From Azolla caroliniana (lineage: Eukaryota; Plantae; Polypodiophyta), in assembly GCA_043228905.1 (NCBI GenBank), contig JBHGNT010000007.1:2108001-2172000 (forward strand): 64,000 bases of DNA, written 5' to 3'. A program made the translations under genes and the position numbers. The notes beneath the pieces are model-generated. The model did no database searches. It worked only from the letters and a program-made list of their open reading frames with translations, and was not told the DNA's origin. This document shows, one piece after another, positions 1-12,728 of the stretch. The number at the start of each line of letters is the position of its first letter. Within the stretch, counting starts at the first letter, position 1.

Positions 1-130
1 GTCGTGAACAACATGCATCATATTGGTTCGAATGCGCTTGAGACTTACCATCAAGATGTGACCACTACCATTTCTGAAGCATTGTAGAACCAGTCTCATG
101 GGTTGAGAGTGTTCTTGTATGTCTGGTGTT
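1..130 (+). pseudogene. DUF599-like array member, 3' part of exon 2 (runs off window start), truncated
   Basis: Frame 1 reads VVNNMHHIGSNALETYHQDVTTTISEAL*NQSHGLRVFLYVWC, near-identical to 43804-43932. TAG at 85-87; coding similarity ends at a (TA)n tract. Confidence 0.85.
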
Positions 131-975
131 ATATATATATATATATATACATACACATATGAGTTTGTAAATAATAAGAAGATTTTAGGGTGTTATATAT
201 ATAAACCCTAAACCGGGTGTTAATTATATGCCCTTTTTCATTTATATAAATTTGCTCAAATACTGACATGTTTTTTGTTGTTAATGATGCTACGTGTATA
301 AGTGGTTTAAGCTTGTTCTTGTCATTTATAGAACTTAAGGGGTTTAGATTTGGTTGAGTTGGGGATTTACATTTGATCAACTAGTTTGTTGTGGCAGCAG
401 CTGTATAAAGGCTATATGCTTAGTAACTACTAGTTGTCTAAGAAGATTATTAGTATGTGTAGTATGTTATGTCCGAAATTGGTGAAAATTCACCTCGAAA
501 CTTATCTTGGCTATCTACAAAAAAGAAAATTAACAACAACATTAGGTCGTAATAGTCAATGAAGGTAGCAGACAAGGAGATGCACAAGAAATGCGTTGCA
601 TAATGATGTGTATTGTGATGCGTCAACATGGTGACATGCCTAACAAAGGCACCGTATAGTGATGCGTTTTTTTTCAATTTATTATTATTTTTTAGAATAT
701 AAGAGAAAGGGGACGCATAATCCACATAAGATGGAATCATCGAGCCCCTTGTGGGGTTTGTATATAACATTCACAACTATAATATTTTATAGCTAATAGG
801 AGTTTTTTGTTTTGGGAAAGAAAACATTGTTATAAATAAATTAGCAGTCACATATCCACAGTTATTAGAGTTTGGTTTAGGATTAGTATTAGGGCTAATT
901 GACGATAGAAACTCACTAACATTAGGAATTCACATACCTATACACTCTAGTTAACATTCAATGAAATTAACAATT

Positions 976-1040
<65 letters not shown>
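130..1040 (+). repeat. Shared 3'-flank block of the array, + orientation
   Basis: About 295-470 matches 47512-47690; 470-990 matches 48640-49350 and 17110-17650; reverse complements lie at 2760-3050, 11430-11840 and 52290-52590. Confidence 0.85.
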
Positions 1041-1044
<4 letters not shown>

Positions 1045-1192
1045 GTACATGCATTAATAGCGTCATTAATCATGATGAACATAGGGGTAAGTTCAATTAT
1101 TTTTAATATGATGAGCATATGCATCATCTAAATACAGATTTTAGGCAATATAAATCCTAAATCTTTGGTGTTCTTATTATTGATCATGATAG

Positions 1193-1240
1193 AGCTCAAT
1201 TATAATGGGCACTTTCAATGCCTGCATGTTCTACATTGTA
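1193..1240 (+). pseudogene. Relic of intron end and start of exon 2 of a DUF599-like copy
   Basis: tgatcatgatAG|AGC TCA ATT ATA ATG GGC ACT TTC AAT GCC TGC ATG TTC (SSIIMGTFNACMF) parallels RSIIMAAVNAWMF at 8911; similarity is then lost. Confidence 0.7.
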
Positions 1241-1494
1241 TGAAACTAACAGAAGTAGGCAATGTAATGTATGAAAGTCAAATATTCACCCAAAATCGCA
1301 ACCATATGAAAACTATTTTAATATGAAAACGTTTTTGAAGGTCAGAGAAAAGTTATGGTATTGTCTGTCCTTCCATTGTGCTATATTATAATTTCCTGTT
1401 CTTCATTCCATTGCATTCCTTCCTCCCTCTCGCCAGCTTGCAAATTTTTTCATAATCCAATCGTATATCTCGTAATCCCCTTAAATTGGGAACA

Positions 1495-1539
1495 ATGCTC
1501 CCCAGGAATATGGAGGATTCGGCATAATTCTTGATGTTG
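1495..1539 (+). pseudogene. Relic exon 1 with promoter of a DUF599-like copy
   Basis: MLPRNMEDSA*FLML followed by a GTAAT donor. Upstream 1400-1490 resembles 37910-38010, which precedes the intact copy at 38014. Confidence 0.7.
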
Positions 1540-1811
1540 GTAATAACTCCCAAATAACTGCAAACATTTGAAAGCTCTTAAGGGCTGGAAATTTGAGGAA
1601 TCTATTATCAATTATTAATTGATATAATAATCACAACTATACAATTGTATAACTAATAGAATGAGTTTTTTGTTTTGGAAAAAGAAAACATTCAAAGAAA
1701 TGAGCACTCCAAAGGACTAGAGAAACATACATGGCACAAACATTAGAAATCACTTTAGGATTTTCATATTTGGGCAATTATATCATATAATAATAAAGTG
1801 GCATAAGTCTG

Positions 1812-2330
1812 CCTAAGGTGATTACAAATAAAAAGTGAGAGAAACGTAAGGTGATTACAAACAAAAAGTGAGAGAAACCTAAGGCGATTACAAATAAAAA
1901 GAAAGAGAAACCTAAGGATATAATGGACATAATATGAAAATCCTGATATAATATGAATGTTATACCATGTTATTGATATTATAAAAAGCAAGAGAAACGT
2001 AAGGGGATTACAAACAAAAAGTGAGAGAAACCTAAGGCGATTACAAATAAAAAGAAAGAGAAACCTAAGGATATAAGAAAGAGAAACCTAAAGATATAAT
2101 GGTCGTAATACGAAAATCCTGATATAATATGAATGTTATACCATGTTATTGATATTATAAAAAGTAAGAGAAACCCACGGTGGTACTCACAAATAAAAAG
2201 AAAGAGAAACCTAAGGTTGAAGGATAAACCTCAGGATTATCATTGTCATATTATGAAAGTCCTGATATAATATGAATGTTATGCCATGTTATTCATATTA
2301 TAAAAAGTGAGACAACCCTAGGTGATTAAC
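1812..2330. repeat. Compound tandem repeat
   Basis: About 32-33 bp units (AAGGTGATTACAAATAAAAAGTGAGAGAAAC-like) interleaved with three copies of an ~80 bp block (ATCCTGATATAATATGAATGTTATACCATGTTATTGATATTATAAAAAG). Confidence 0.9.
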
Positions 2331-3120
2331 TCTTAGTTCCTTCTTGTTTCTAAGCCCCGTTGTTAATTTTCTTCTTGTAAATAGCCAAGATTAATTTCAA
2401 AATTTTCGCGAGTTAACAATTCAAAGGTCAAGGACTTGGCGATGATGGGGAGTTGGGAGTCATAGTTGCATGAAGTCCCTAGTAGGAAACAAGGGAGTGA
2501 ACTCATCTCAAGCCTCCTTTGTGGCTTGATCTTTGGCTTAAGCATACAAATCAACATTCTTAATGCTTTCGATGTTTGTACTAATAATTTGATTTGTCTA
2601 GGCGTCCGAGATGCCAGAATCTAATACCATTTTCATTTGATTTCTATTTCAATCCTCCCAAGAACCACATCCAAAATCTCCAATCCCTGTGTCATGGTGT
2701 ATGTGTATCATCGGCCTATCCGTGGATGTGTGTATGTGTATGTGTATGTGTATGTGGAGGAATGTTACTTTCATTGAACGTTAACTAGTGTGTATAGGTA
2801 TGTGATTCCTAATGTTTGTGCACTTTTATAGTCAATTAACACTAAAGTCTAATATTAACCCTACGCGTAGCTCTAATAATTGTGGATGTGTGAGTGCTCA
2901 TTTCTTTTGAATGGTTTTTTTCGAGAACAAAAAACTCTTTCTATTAATTATAAAATTTTATACTTGTGAATGTTATATACAAACCCTAGAAGGGGCTTGA
3001 TAGTTCTATCTCATGTGCATGCCCATTGCTTTGAATGTTAATTGTTGTGCATATGTGTGTGCAAGGACTTGGCGATGTGGGTAGTTGGGAGTCATTGTGC
3101 ATGAAGTTCCATGTACGAAG

Positions 3121-3154
3121 TGTTGGGAAAGAAGAGAAAGAGAGATAGAAAGAA

Positions 3155-3206
<52 letters not shown>

Positions 3207-6200
3207 GGGAAACAGAGAAAGCGTTTTATTATTATTATAATGCCACTTTTTTTTTTGCTTTGAATACAACGTTGGTGGTGGCTTTATAAGACCACCACCA
3301 ATAGGCTTACGGTTTCCTTCTCATGAAGGAAACCGATTTCATAAGAACTACATATTAATATATTTTATTTTATTTTGCTTATTATTTTCCTCACTCCCCC
3401 CTAAGCAAAATTTTCTAGAAGTGTAGGTTTTCATCTTTATCTTCGATTACATCAATTAATCCAACTTGCTTGCAACAAATAATGTGCTTAGAATGTTGAA
3501 GAGGCTTCGTTAGAAAATCAGCCCACATTTGATGAGTGGGAGCAAACTTTAACTCTATCTTCTTCGTTTCAATGAGATCACGAAGAAAGTGATGCTTCAA
3601 ATCCACATGACGAATATTGTCGCTCATCTTTGGATTGTTGGCTAACTTGATGCAAGATTGATTATCACAAAATAAAGTCACTGGTGGAATAGTAAATAAC
3701 TTAAATTCATCGAGCATAGCTTTAATCCATATGCCTTCTTTAGCCGCTAAAGCCGCGGCAACATATTCAGCTTCGGTGGATGACAATGCTACGGTAGTTT
3801 GTTTCTTTGACTTCCACGAAATTGCACCACCAGCTAGTGTGTAAACATATCCACCTGTTGACTTGCGATCGTCTACATCTCCCCCCCAGTCCGAGTCTGA
3901 CCAACCAATTAGTTGGCTAGAGGGATTTGTCCATCCTTGCACAAGTGTGGTTGACTCGGATTGTGTGGCGGAGTAAGTCAACGCATAATGTTGAGTGTGC
4001 CTCAAGTATCGTAGTAATCTTTTGAGCGCGATCCAATGCTTTGGTCCTGGATTAGACATGAAACGAGAAAGAAAACCGGCGGCAAAGCAAATATCGGGAC
4101 ATGTACAACTTACTAGATATCTTATACACCCAAGGATTTGCTTATAGGGTACATCCTTCATTTTGGAAATTTCTCGTTCATTTTTGGGAGAATCATCATT
4201 TGATAGTTTACATGGAGAGGTAAGAGGAGTATTAATAGGCTTACTATGGAGCATATCAAATTTTTGGAGGATAGAATTAATATAATTTGATTGTGATAAT
4301 GAGATAGTATGATTTGTTCTACTTTGAGATATTTTGATGCCTAGAAAATGGGTCATAGGGCCTAAATCGGTAATAGGAAAAACATATGCAAGTTCCTTCT
4401 TTGCAATAGCTAAATAAGATTTAGAGTTAGAGATCAAAGGCCAATCATCAACATAGACACCTATGATAACAAAATTGGATTTGGCTTTTCTAACATAGAT
4501 ATTTGGCTCATTGTTTAGACGATGATATCCAACTTTTATAAGAAAAGAGTGTAGTTTGTGATACCATATGCGTGGAGATTGCTTAAGGTCGTAAATAGAT
4601 TTACGAAGTCGACAAACATGTGTCGGATGACTTGGATCTTCAAAAAATTGTGGTTGTTGTAGATAAAGTTCTTCATCTAAATCTCCATGAAGAAAAGCCG
4701 TCTGTACATCCAAGTGATGCAATTCTAGATCATGTTGTGCGGCAAGAGCAACGAGCATTCGAAAACCACATATTTTTAGCGATGGACTAAATGTATCTTG
4801 AAAATCAATACCTGGTACTTGCGAAAATCCTCAAGCAACTACACGAGCCTTGAAGCAAATTGGATTGCCATTACTATCTCGCTTTATGCATAAGACCCAT
4901 TTAGACCCAATTATTTGTCAATCTTTTGGAGGCTCAACGAGGGTCCACGTACCATTTTTAAGTAAAGCCTTCATTTCTTCTTCCATAGCTTTTCTCCATT
5001 TGATAGAATCCGATCCGGAAAGTGCATCTTTGGCCGATAGATTTGTGTCATCACTAAGGGTTGGAATGTCTTCTTCTTGAATATAAGCTTCATGGTCCAA
5101 GTCCACGAAATGTGCTTCCATTTGATCAAGTTGTTCATAAATATTACTTAGAGATCTATACTTTGGAGGTGGAGAGTTTGGTGGAGAAGTTGGTGATGAC
5201 ACTTGGAATGAAGGATTAGGAGAGGGAATGGAGAAGATAACATTATTTGTATTATTAGAGGGAGTTAAGCAATGTATATTTAAAGGAGTATGAGGAAGAG
5301 AATCATCTAGAGATTGGAATGAGGGAAGATGAGAAGAAGAATTAGTTGGTTGAGTAGGATTGATCTTTGCCTTATGAATAGATAGAAGAGCAACACAAAT
5401 TGTGGAAGTAGAGGATGAGCCAATGTTGGCTCCTTCAATATGAGAGCTATTAATATTAGAGATGGTTGAGGAAGATGGATGTAAGTAGTTAGGGGTAGGT
5501 AATAAGGGAGGTAGATTAGAAGAGAGTGAAGAAGAAACCTTTGTAGAAGGCCCATTTTCTTGGAATATCACATTACGACTAAAGAATATTCTTCGTTTTT
5601 GTGGATCGTAGAGCTTGTACGCCTTGTATCCTGAAGCTTGTACATATCTGATGAAAGTTGATTTTGTAGCCCTTGGATCTAGCTTATTTCTTTGAACATT
5701 TGGCACAAAAGCATAAGCATCACAACCAAAAATACGAAGGTTACTTAAGTTAGGTTTGTGACCATGCCATAGTTCATAAGGGGTTTGGAGCCCCAAGGCT
5801 CTATGAAATCCTCGATTTTGAATATAGCACGCGGTGCCAACCGCTTCCTCCCAAAATTGAGGTGATAAGTGAGCAAATTGTAACATACTTCGAGCCATAT
5901 TGAGAAGTGATCTATTCTTCCTTTCGGATACACCATTTTGTTGTGGTGTGTGTGGTGTTGATATTCTATGATGTATGCCTTCATTTAGATATAAACTTTG
6001 AAATTCATGAGACATATACTCACCACCACCATCGGTTTGAAGACTTTTAATCTTTGATGATGTTTGCACTTCGACTCGAGCCTTGTATTCTTTGAATGCT
6101 CGATAAGCTTGACTTTTGTACTTGAGAAAATGCAAGATTGTAAATAGACTAAAGTCATCTATAAAGCTAATGAAATATTTGGCTCCACTAAGAGAAGGGG

Positions 6201-8023
6201 TTGGAAAAGGTCCACATAGATCACTATGTACTAATGCAAGAGGGGTAGTGGCTCTAGATCTATGCTTTGGGAATGGCTGTTGGGGCATTTTCCCAAGGAT
6301 ACAACTTTCACACAAAGAGATGGGATTGAAAGGTTCTTTTGGCAAACCATGGACTAGATTATTACATTGTAGTGTTTTAAGAGCATTGAAATGCATATGA
6401 CCTAGACGAAAGTGCCAAAGAGAAGAAGGAGAATGAAGATTGGTTAAAGATATGGAGGATTGTATTGGGGTAGTATGATGTGCTTCTAAAATAAGAGATG
6501 TAGGAATACATTTTATGGGATATAAGCCTCCTTCTCGTTTACAACATGTTCTAATAAGTTCTCCATTTGAGGCTTTATGTTTAATAATAGCATGGTTAGG
6601 ATGAAATTCAATGATAGTACCATTTGTCGTTGCTTGACTAACCGATAGCAAGTGTTTGGTAATGCCCGGGACATAGAGAACTTCATTGATTGTGAAATGT
6701 CTTCCTCCTGTGACTTCAAACGTAATATCACCCTTGCCAATAGCTTGTTTAGTCCCATTATTTCCAAATCTTACAATGATAGGAGGTTCAACATCCTTAT
6801 AGTTACATAACCAATCTTTTCTATTAGTTAAGTGGTTAGTAGCACCAGTGTCGAGATACCATATGTCATTTACATTACTTGAGTTTGGAATCGTCGCGGA
6901 AAGTGATTCAGCAATGAATGCTTGAAGGACGTCGTCATACTTGTCGCCATTTTGATATCCATCTCCTATGACTTTTTCATCATCCATCTCTTCTTCAACA
7001 AGATGGGCTTGTACACGCTTCCATGGTTGATAACTCTTGAAATTTGACTTTGCGCGACAATCTTTGGTTGCATGATTTGTACGTTTGCATATTTTACAAT
7101 AGGTATTGTTGAACCGCATTTCTCCTTGTTTAGTGTTTTGATCTTTCTTTATCCACGGCTTCGAGCTTTCTCCTCTTTGGGTGAACCTTTTGTTCTTGTA
7201 TGCTACCATTGCCATACTTGGAGTTGAATTTGAAGACCTTTGTGAACGCATTGTTTCCTCTTGTCTAATGTTTGCAAGAAGATCGATTAGCGTTGGACAA
7301 TTTATAGAGTTTTGGGTGGTTCTAAAAGTGGACCACGAGTGAGGAAGAGCACCAAGGAGGAGAATCTTTTGTAATTTATCATGGATTTCTAATCCCGAAG
7401 TTAACACATCATCTAATTTCTTTTGCCATATTAATAGAAATTCACCAACCGGTTGTTCGTCATTCATTTTGTAATTAACAAGCGCTTCAAGTGTATGCGC
7501 TTGTTGGGCATCATTTTTCGGCTCGTAGATAGTTTGTAAGTGCTTCCACATTTCATGAGCCGTCTCCATTTTTCGCAATGTTTCTCCGGTGCCATCACTT
7601 ACGTGCATTAGAATTTCCATTCTTGCACACAAATCTTTTTCTTCATATTCTTCAAGTTCTTTGCCTTTTTCAGGTTTTGTTGACGATCCTGAAATTATGT
7701 CCCATACTTTATTATATTTAAAAAGTAATTTTAATCTTGCCTTCCAAATTCGATAATTTGTGTCCGATAATTTCTCGATCGTGAATTTTCGCATGTTGAG
7801 TTGCGACGACGACATAGATTGCGCCATTATTGCAGAGGGCTGTCCGGATCAGCGCACGGCAAACACAAAATTGTCGTTTGTTATTTGACGATCTTGAACA
7901 CTATGAATATAATTTATAGGGCATGTGTTTTGTAATTTTTTAGAAAGGCATTGGCTATAAGGCTATTAGGACGTTTGGCTCTGATACCATGTTGGGAAAG
8001 AAGAGAAAGAGAGATAGAAAGAA

Positions 8024-8057
<34 letters not shown>

Positions 8058-8215
8058 GGGAAACAGAGAAAGCGCGTTTTATTATTATTATAATGCCACT
8101 TTTTTTTTTTTGCTTTGAATACAACGTTGGTGGTGGCTTTATAATACAACCGATTTCATAAGAACTACATATTAATATATTTTATTTTATTTTATTTTGC
8201 TTATTATTTTCCTCG
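3121..8215 (-). mobile_element. Full-length Ty1/Copia LTR retrotransposon
   Basis: LTRs 3121-3393 and 7990-8215; tRNA-Met PBS (GCTCTGATACCA on +, ending 7989); PPT next to 3394; TSD cgaag/ggaag; empty-site paralog near 52655. Confidence 0.96.
3415..7827 (-). pseudogene. Copia gag-pol with two in-frame stops
   Basis: CKICKRTNHATKDC knuckle, WYLDTGAT protease, LWHFRLGH, integrase VHSDLCGP...QQNGVSER, RT VYVDD, RNase H WSDSDWGGD. TGA at 4918-4920 and 4831-4833 sits where Arg (CGA) is expected. Confidence 0.95.
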
Positions 8216-8379
8216 GGAAGCAAGGGAGTCTGCCCATCTCGAGCCTCCCTCATTGCTTGATCTTTGGCTTAAGCGTACAATTTACAAATGATAAGGTCTA
8301 ACAACTATGTCGGATCATCTGGGAGTACTTTCACAACTTGACCTTTTGGACGTGGAGAGTATTCTATGTATATAAGTTT

Positions 8380-8512
8380 GAACAATGTAACTCTATCACG
8401 ATTCACTATCGATAAAGACATGATCAACGATTTAGGATTTAGACTGCACTATACAATCTGTACATACATATATGATTTGACAGATTCTGGTTGAAAGCAA
8501 TAAAGCCATAAA
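8380..8512 (-). pseudogene. Relic intron and acceptor of a minus-strand DUF599-like copy
   Basis: Matches 53940-54050 (gcactatacaatctgtacat...gatttgacagattctgg), the intron and acceptor of the intact minus copy; exon 2 is missing here. Confidence 0.75.
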
Positions 8513-8627
8513 AACAAATATGTATGTATCCGGATTCCGCATACATTCAAAATGAACATCGGCATGAATGGGATGTCCCCGCCAGGTTTGACAAAATCAT
8601 GGGCGATAGTATTCTGTTCAAGGGCCC

Positions 8628-8634
8628 TATTTAA
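8628..8634 (+). promoter_or_regulatory. TATA-like box of copy 1
   Basis: gggcccTATTTAAg about 48 nt before ATG 8676; the same motif is on the minus strand at 54261-54267, upstream of the minus copy. Confidence 0.6.
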
Positions 8635-8675
8635 GCTGCAGCGGAGTGTTCTGTTCCGGACAAAGGTTTTCGAAT

Positions 8676-9399
8676 ATGCCACTCTCTGCGCTCCACGTTC
8701 TCTGTTTCTCCATCGTCTTGATGATGGTAATCCTCCCTTGGTTTTACATCACTATAATTAATCAAAATCTTCCTTTAATAGCGTCATTACTCAGTATGAT
8801 CATAGGGAGTAAATCCAGTTACTCCCTATGAGCAGATGTGTCATATAATTACAAATTTTATGCAATATAAATTCTAAAATCTTTAATCATGTCTTTATTG
8901 ATCGTGGTAGAGGTCAATTATAATGGCCGCTGTCAATGCCTGGATGTTCCACTCCCTGATCAAGCTGCACATCCCAGAGCTCAGAGACTTGGGGGATGTT
9001 GCAGAGTACACTTCCTTCAAGTTGCTATGCGTATTGCTATGTTACATTGCGTCCTTCATCTGCAATTTGAATACCGCCAAGTATTGTTGCTATGTAATCT
9101 GCGTGAACAGCTCACGGCTTGGGAATGACCGTGAAGGTGTGAACATGGCCATTTCCAGGGCTTCCCAGTTCTGGTGGGTTGGGCTAAGAGCCTTTACTGT
9201 CTCCTTCCCCATCTACTTGTGGTTCTTATTTGGTCCTACCCCGGCCATACTCTTATTGACCTCTCTCATTCTCAGAGCTCTCTGGCTCCATTTCTTTGGC
9301 ACCGAGAGAGAGATTCCGAGCGGTAACATGGAGGCCCATCAAGACAACCAATCTAATAATTACCGCCCACAATCCGAATTACTCACCCATGTACTCTAA
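8676..9399 (+). CDS. DUF599-like multi-pass membrane protein, copy 1 (exons 8676-8726, 8911-9399; ~179 aa)
   Basis: KLLCVLLCYIASFICNL and RASQFWWVGLRAFTVSFPIYLWFLFGP match the plant DUF599 C-terminal pattern (RGSYFWSLGLRAFYFSFPLFLWIFGP-like). Phase-0 intron GTAATC...TAG joins the exons in frame. Confidence 0.85.
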
Positions 9400-9679
9400 A
9401 AGTCCGGGTGCAGCCAAAAGGATTTATCTTACTTAGTTATCCTTCGATTGTTTATTGTTTGGAGTTTCCCATTGGAAATACTGGTTGTGCCCAGACAAGT
9501 TCCCTATTAGGAGCGTTCCAATGAGTTTCCGTTTCTTTATTATTTTGGTATCGACTTGATCCTATTCTGGTTGTGCCAAGAGATGTTGTATACTTATATG
9601 TATCATAGAAAATCCAGTTACCCTTAAAAGTTGATGTATGGTACGGAAGCTCATCATGATCATGGCCTTTGTAGGTCTC

Positions 9680-11420
9680 TCAGGCAGCCTCATGTTCATG
9701 TTTCAGTGATTGATATATATATATATATATACATATACATATGTGTTTGTATACATAATATATAACTTGTGTCTCAAAGCTCTGTTTCTTTCATTGCTTA
9801 CCGACATGTATACATATTCTTATCACAAAACAACAAAAAATCTGCCACTTTGATCAGTACTTGATACGACGATGGAACAAAATTAATAATGAACGATCAT
9901 AGATAGAGGAAACAAGGACCCTAACTACTACTACACACGGATATGAAACACAGATCTGTGGAGTATTCCATTGACCATAAGTATATCTGTGTATGTCCAG
10001 ACCACCATAGCTATTATAGCTATGCATTCAGAGACCTCGGTCTTGATCAACGATTGCGTGATCTTTGAATCATAGGTATTGATTGGGGTAAAATAATTTG
10101 GGGGAATTTAAGATATAACGCACCAGGTGTACCTGTAATAATCATGTCATGAGCAAGGACAAGAGCTAGGGTGCTCTGTCGCTCCTTCTGCTTGGAATCA
10201 ATTGTCTCTGCGATGGCACTCTCGATACTCCGTATTTGGCTGTGGATTCATATAAATAGCTCATTAAAATTGGGAACTGTGTGCCGCCTATACCCTTAGA
10301 AAAAGCATTCCATCTACAAACAGAAATAATACAAAGAGACAGATTCTGTAATGGGGGATCTACGCTTAGATTCAAGATCCTTGCCAGTGTCGAGGATTGA
10401 AGAAAAGCATCTGATCTTCTCATCAACAGGCGCAACAGAAATAAATCAGTGGTCTGTCTTTTGGAAGAAAAAGCATCTTAATATCTTCTCCTGATCAAAA
10501 GTAACCAGCTCTTTTGTTGACCTTTTCCTTCCTTTTTTTATTATATTGATTTGATTTGTCCGGCTGCCCAAATGTGAAACCGAACATGTCTCTCCTTCTG
10601 TCTGCTCCTCCCAATGTCTGACAATTAGGCTTCATTTTCGTTTCATTTCTACGCATAATATTTGTCATTAATATGAGAACACGTTGGACAAAACCGAGAA
10701 GGACATAGTACATTCGTTGGAACGTGCCTCCTCATATTCAATTTCATCCTCTGGTGGACATACATATGTGTATCTTAGTATTTATAAGATGATTTATATA
10801 ACTTTTGTGTATTTGTTCAAATGTATTCAAGCATATGTTCATTTCCCCAATCATATATATATTATGATAATGGCAAAGCTACAAATGTTGTGATTTTGAA
10901 TTGGTTACAAAAGTTTAGAGGGACTGCACAGTCTCTTCATGTCATCTATGAAGCTGCCATATCAGTAAGGGTGTAGTTAATATTTTGGGTGTGAAACTTT
11001 GTTTAAGCTAAATTCATATCTCCACGTAAATCTATTAATCATCAAATTGTAGAGCTAGGACTTCAAAACTATAGTTGTCAAGCTTGTCTCTCATTCGGAA
11101 CGAAGTGAAGCAAAGGCATGTAAGGAGGTAAGAGGGAATGAAGAATGGTTTTTGCTGCCATAGCCATACTCTCAACATTCTTAATGCTTTCAATGTTTGT
11201 ACTAATAATTTGATTTGTCCAGGCGCCCAAGTGTGAAGCCGAGATGCCAGAATCTAATACCATTTTCATTTGATTTCTCTTTCAATCTTCCTAAGAACCA
11301 CATCCAAAATCTCCAATCCCTGTGTCATGGTGTATGTGTATCATCTGCCTATCTTCAATGTATGTATATCATGTATGTACTAGACATGCATGTGCATGTG
11401 ATTGTTAATTTGTGTGTGTG
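9680..11420 (+). repeat. Shared 3'-flank block, + orientation
   Basis: Direct match to 50480-52050; 9680-10978 is the reverse complement of 20558-22385; partial match to 38930-39620. Confidence 0.9.
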
Positions 11421-11429
11421 TGAATATGA

Positions 11430-12728
11430 CTTTCATTGAACCGTTAACTAGTGTATAGGTATGTGATTCCTAATGTTTGTGTACTTTTATAGTCAATTAA
11501 CACTAATACTAAACCTAAGCTTAGGTCTAATAATTGTGGATGTGTGAGTGCTCATTTCTTTGAATGTTTTTTTTCCAAAACAAAAAGTTGTTTCTATTAG
11601 TTATAAAATTTTATAGTTGTGAATGTTATATACAAACACTAGAGAAGGGGCGCCAATGTTAATTTTTGTGCATGTGCATATGTGTGCATTTTTATGTGTA
11701 AAAAATAAAATAACCCTAATCGTAACCCTAAACGTAACCGTAACCATTGATGGGTGAGGAGAGAAGCTTGGTGTTGGTTGTTGCTCGATGCCACTTTCTT
11801 GCTCTTCTTCGATGCTGAGAGGAAGGATCAATATGTGGAAAGAGGGACTATGCTAGTAGGAAGCAAGGGAATCAACTCATCTCAAGCCTCCCTTGTGGCT
11901 TGATCTTTGGCTTAAGCATACAAATCATAAGATCTAACAACTATGTTAGATCATCGGGGAGTACATTCACAAATTGACCTTTTGGGCATGGAGAGTATTC
12001 TAGTCAAATGCCTAGCAACTATGTATTGTCCTTGATCATAAATGGGTCTTTCCATACACTTTTATCTCACACAGATGGATTGCCTACAATGCCCATGAAT
12101 CAAGTAAGTTCCACACAATAATCATGTTCGATGCCAAATACTCATGCCAAGTATTTGTCCAACACTTTTTAAATTAATGAGAAATATATTATGCGTAGAA
12201 ATGAAAAGGAAACGAAGCCTAAGTGTGTGTCATTCGAAAGCGTAGAGACTAGAGAGAACGAGAGCGGGGAGGCATGTCAGTTTCACACTTGGGCGGCCAG
12301 ACAATCAAATCAATACAGAAATGGATAAGGTGAACTCAAAGATGATTCAATCAATGCGCAGATCTAGGTTATGGGCCCTGTTATACAGATACTTATGGTC
12401 AATGGAGTACTACTACTTCACAAATCTCGGGTTCATACATGACTGACAGGTGTGATTCAGGACAGAGGGTACCCTTGTGTAGTAGCAGGTACTGTGTTAC
12501 ATTTCTGTGCACAGAGAATGGAGATCTGCTGTAGACACCAGCACCATCATCAAGTACTGATTAGATCTATCTGCAAGCCGGTAGGTAGCCAATGCGTAAC
12601 TGATTGCTTGGTAGTTTCGTGATTAATAAGAATATGTGCATATAGTTGGAAACACATATAAAGAGTATGTACATTATACATCATCAATAAACAAAAAAGA
12701 AGTTAGCATTACCAAGCACACCCTGTTA
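11430..12728 (-). repeat. Shared 3'-flank block, - orientation (associated gene lost)
   Basis: Colinear with 52290-53360 and the reverse complement of parts of 15500-17650; ends abruptly at TGTAAG 12729. Confidence 0.85.

Larger units (their letters stand above)
2420..8370 (-). repeat. Shared 3'-flank block, - orientation, split by a Copia insertion
   Basis: 2555-3120 plus 8216-8365 is colinear with 51808-52795 once the Copia is removed. Confidence 0.85.
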
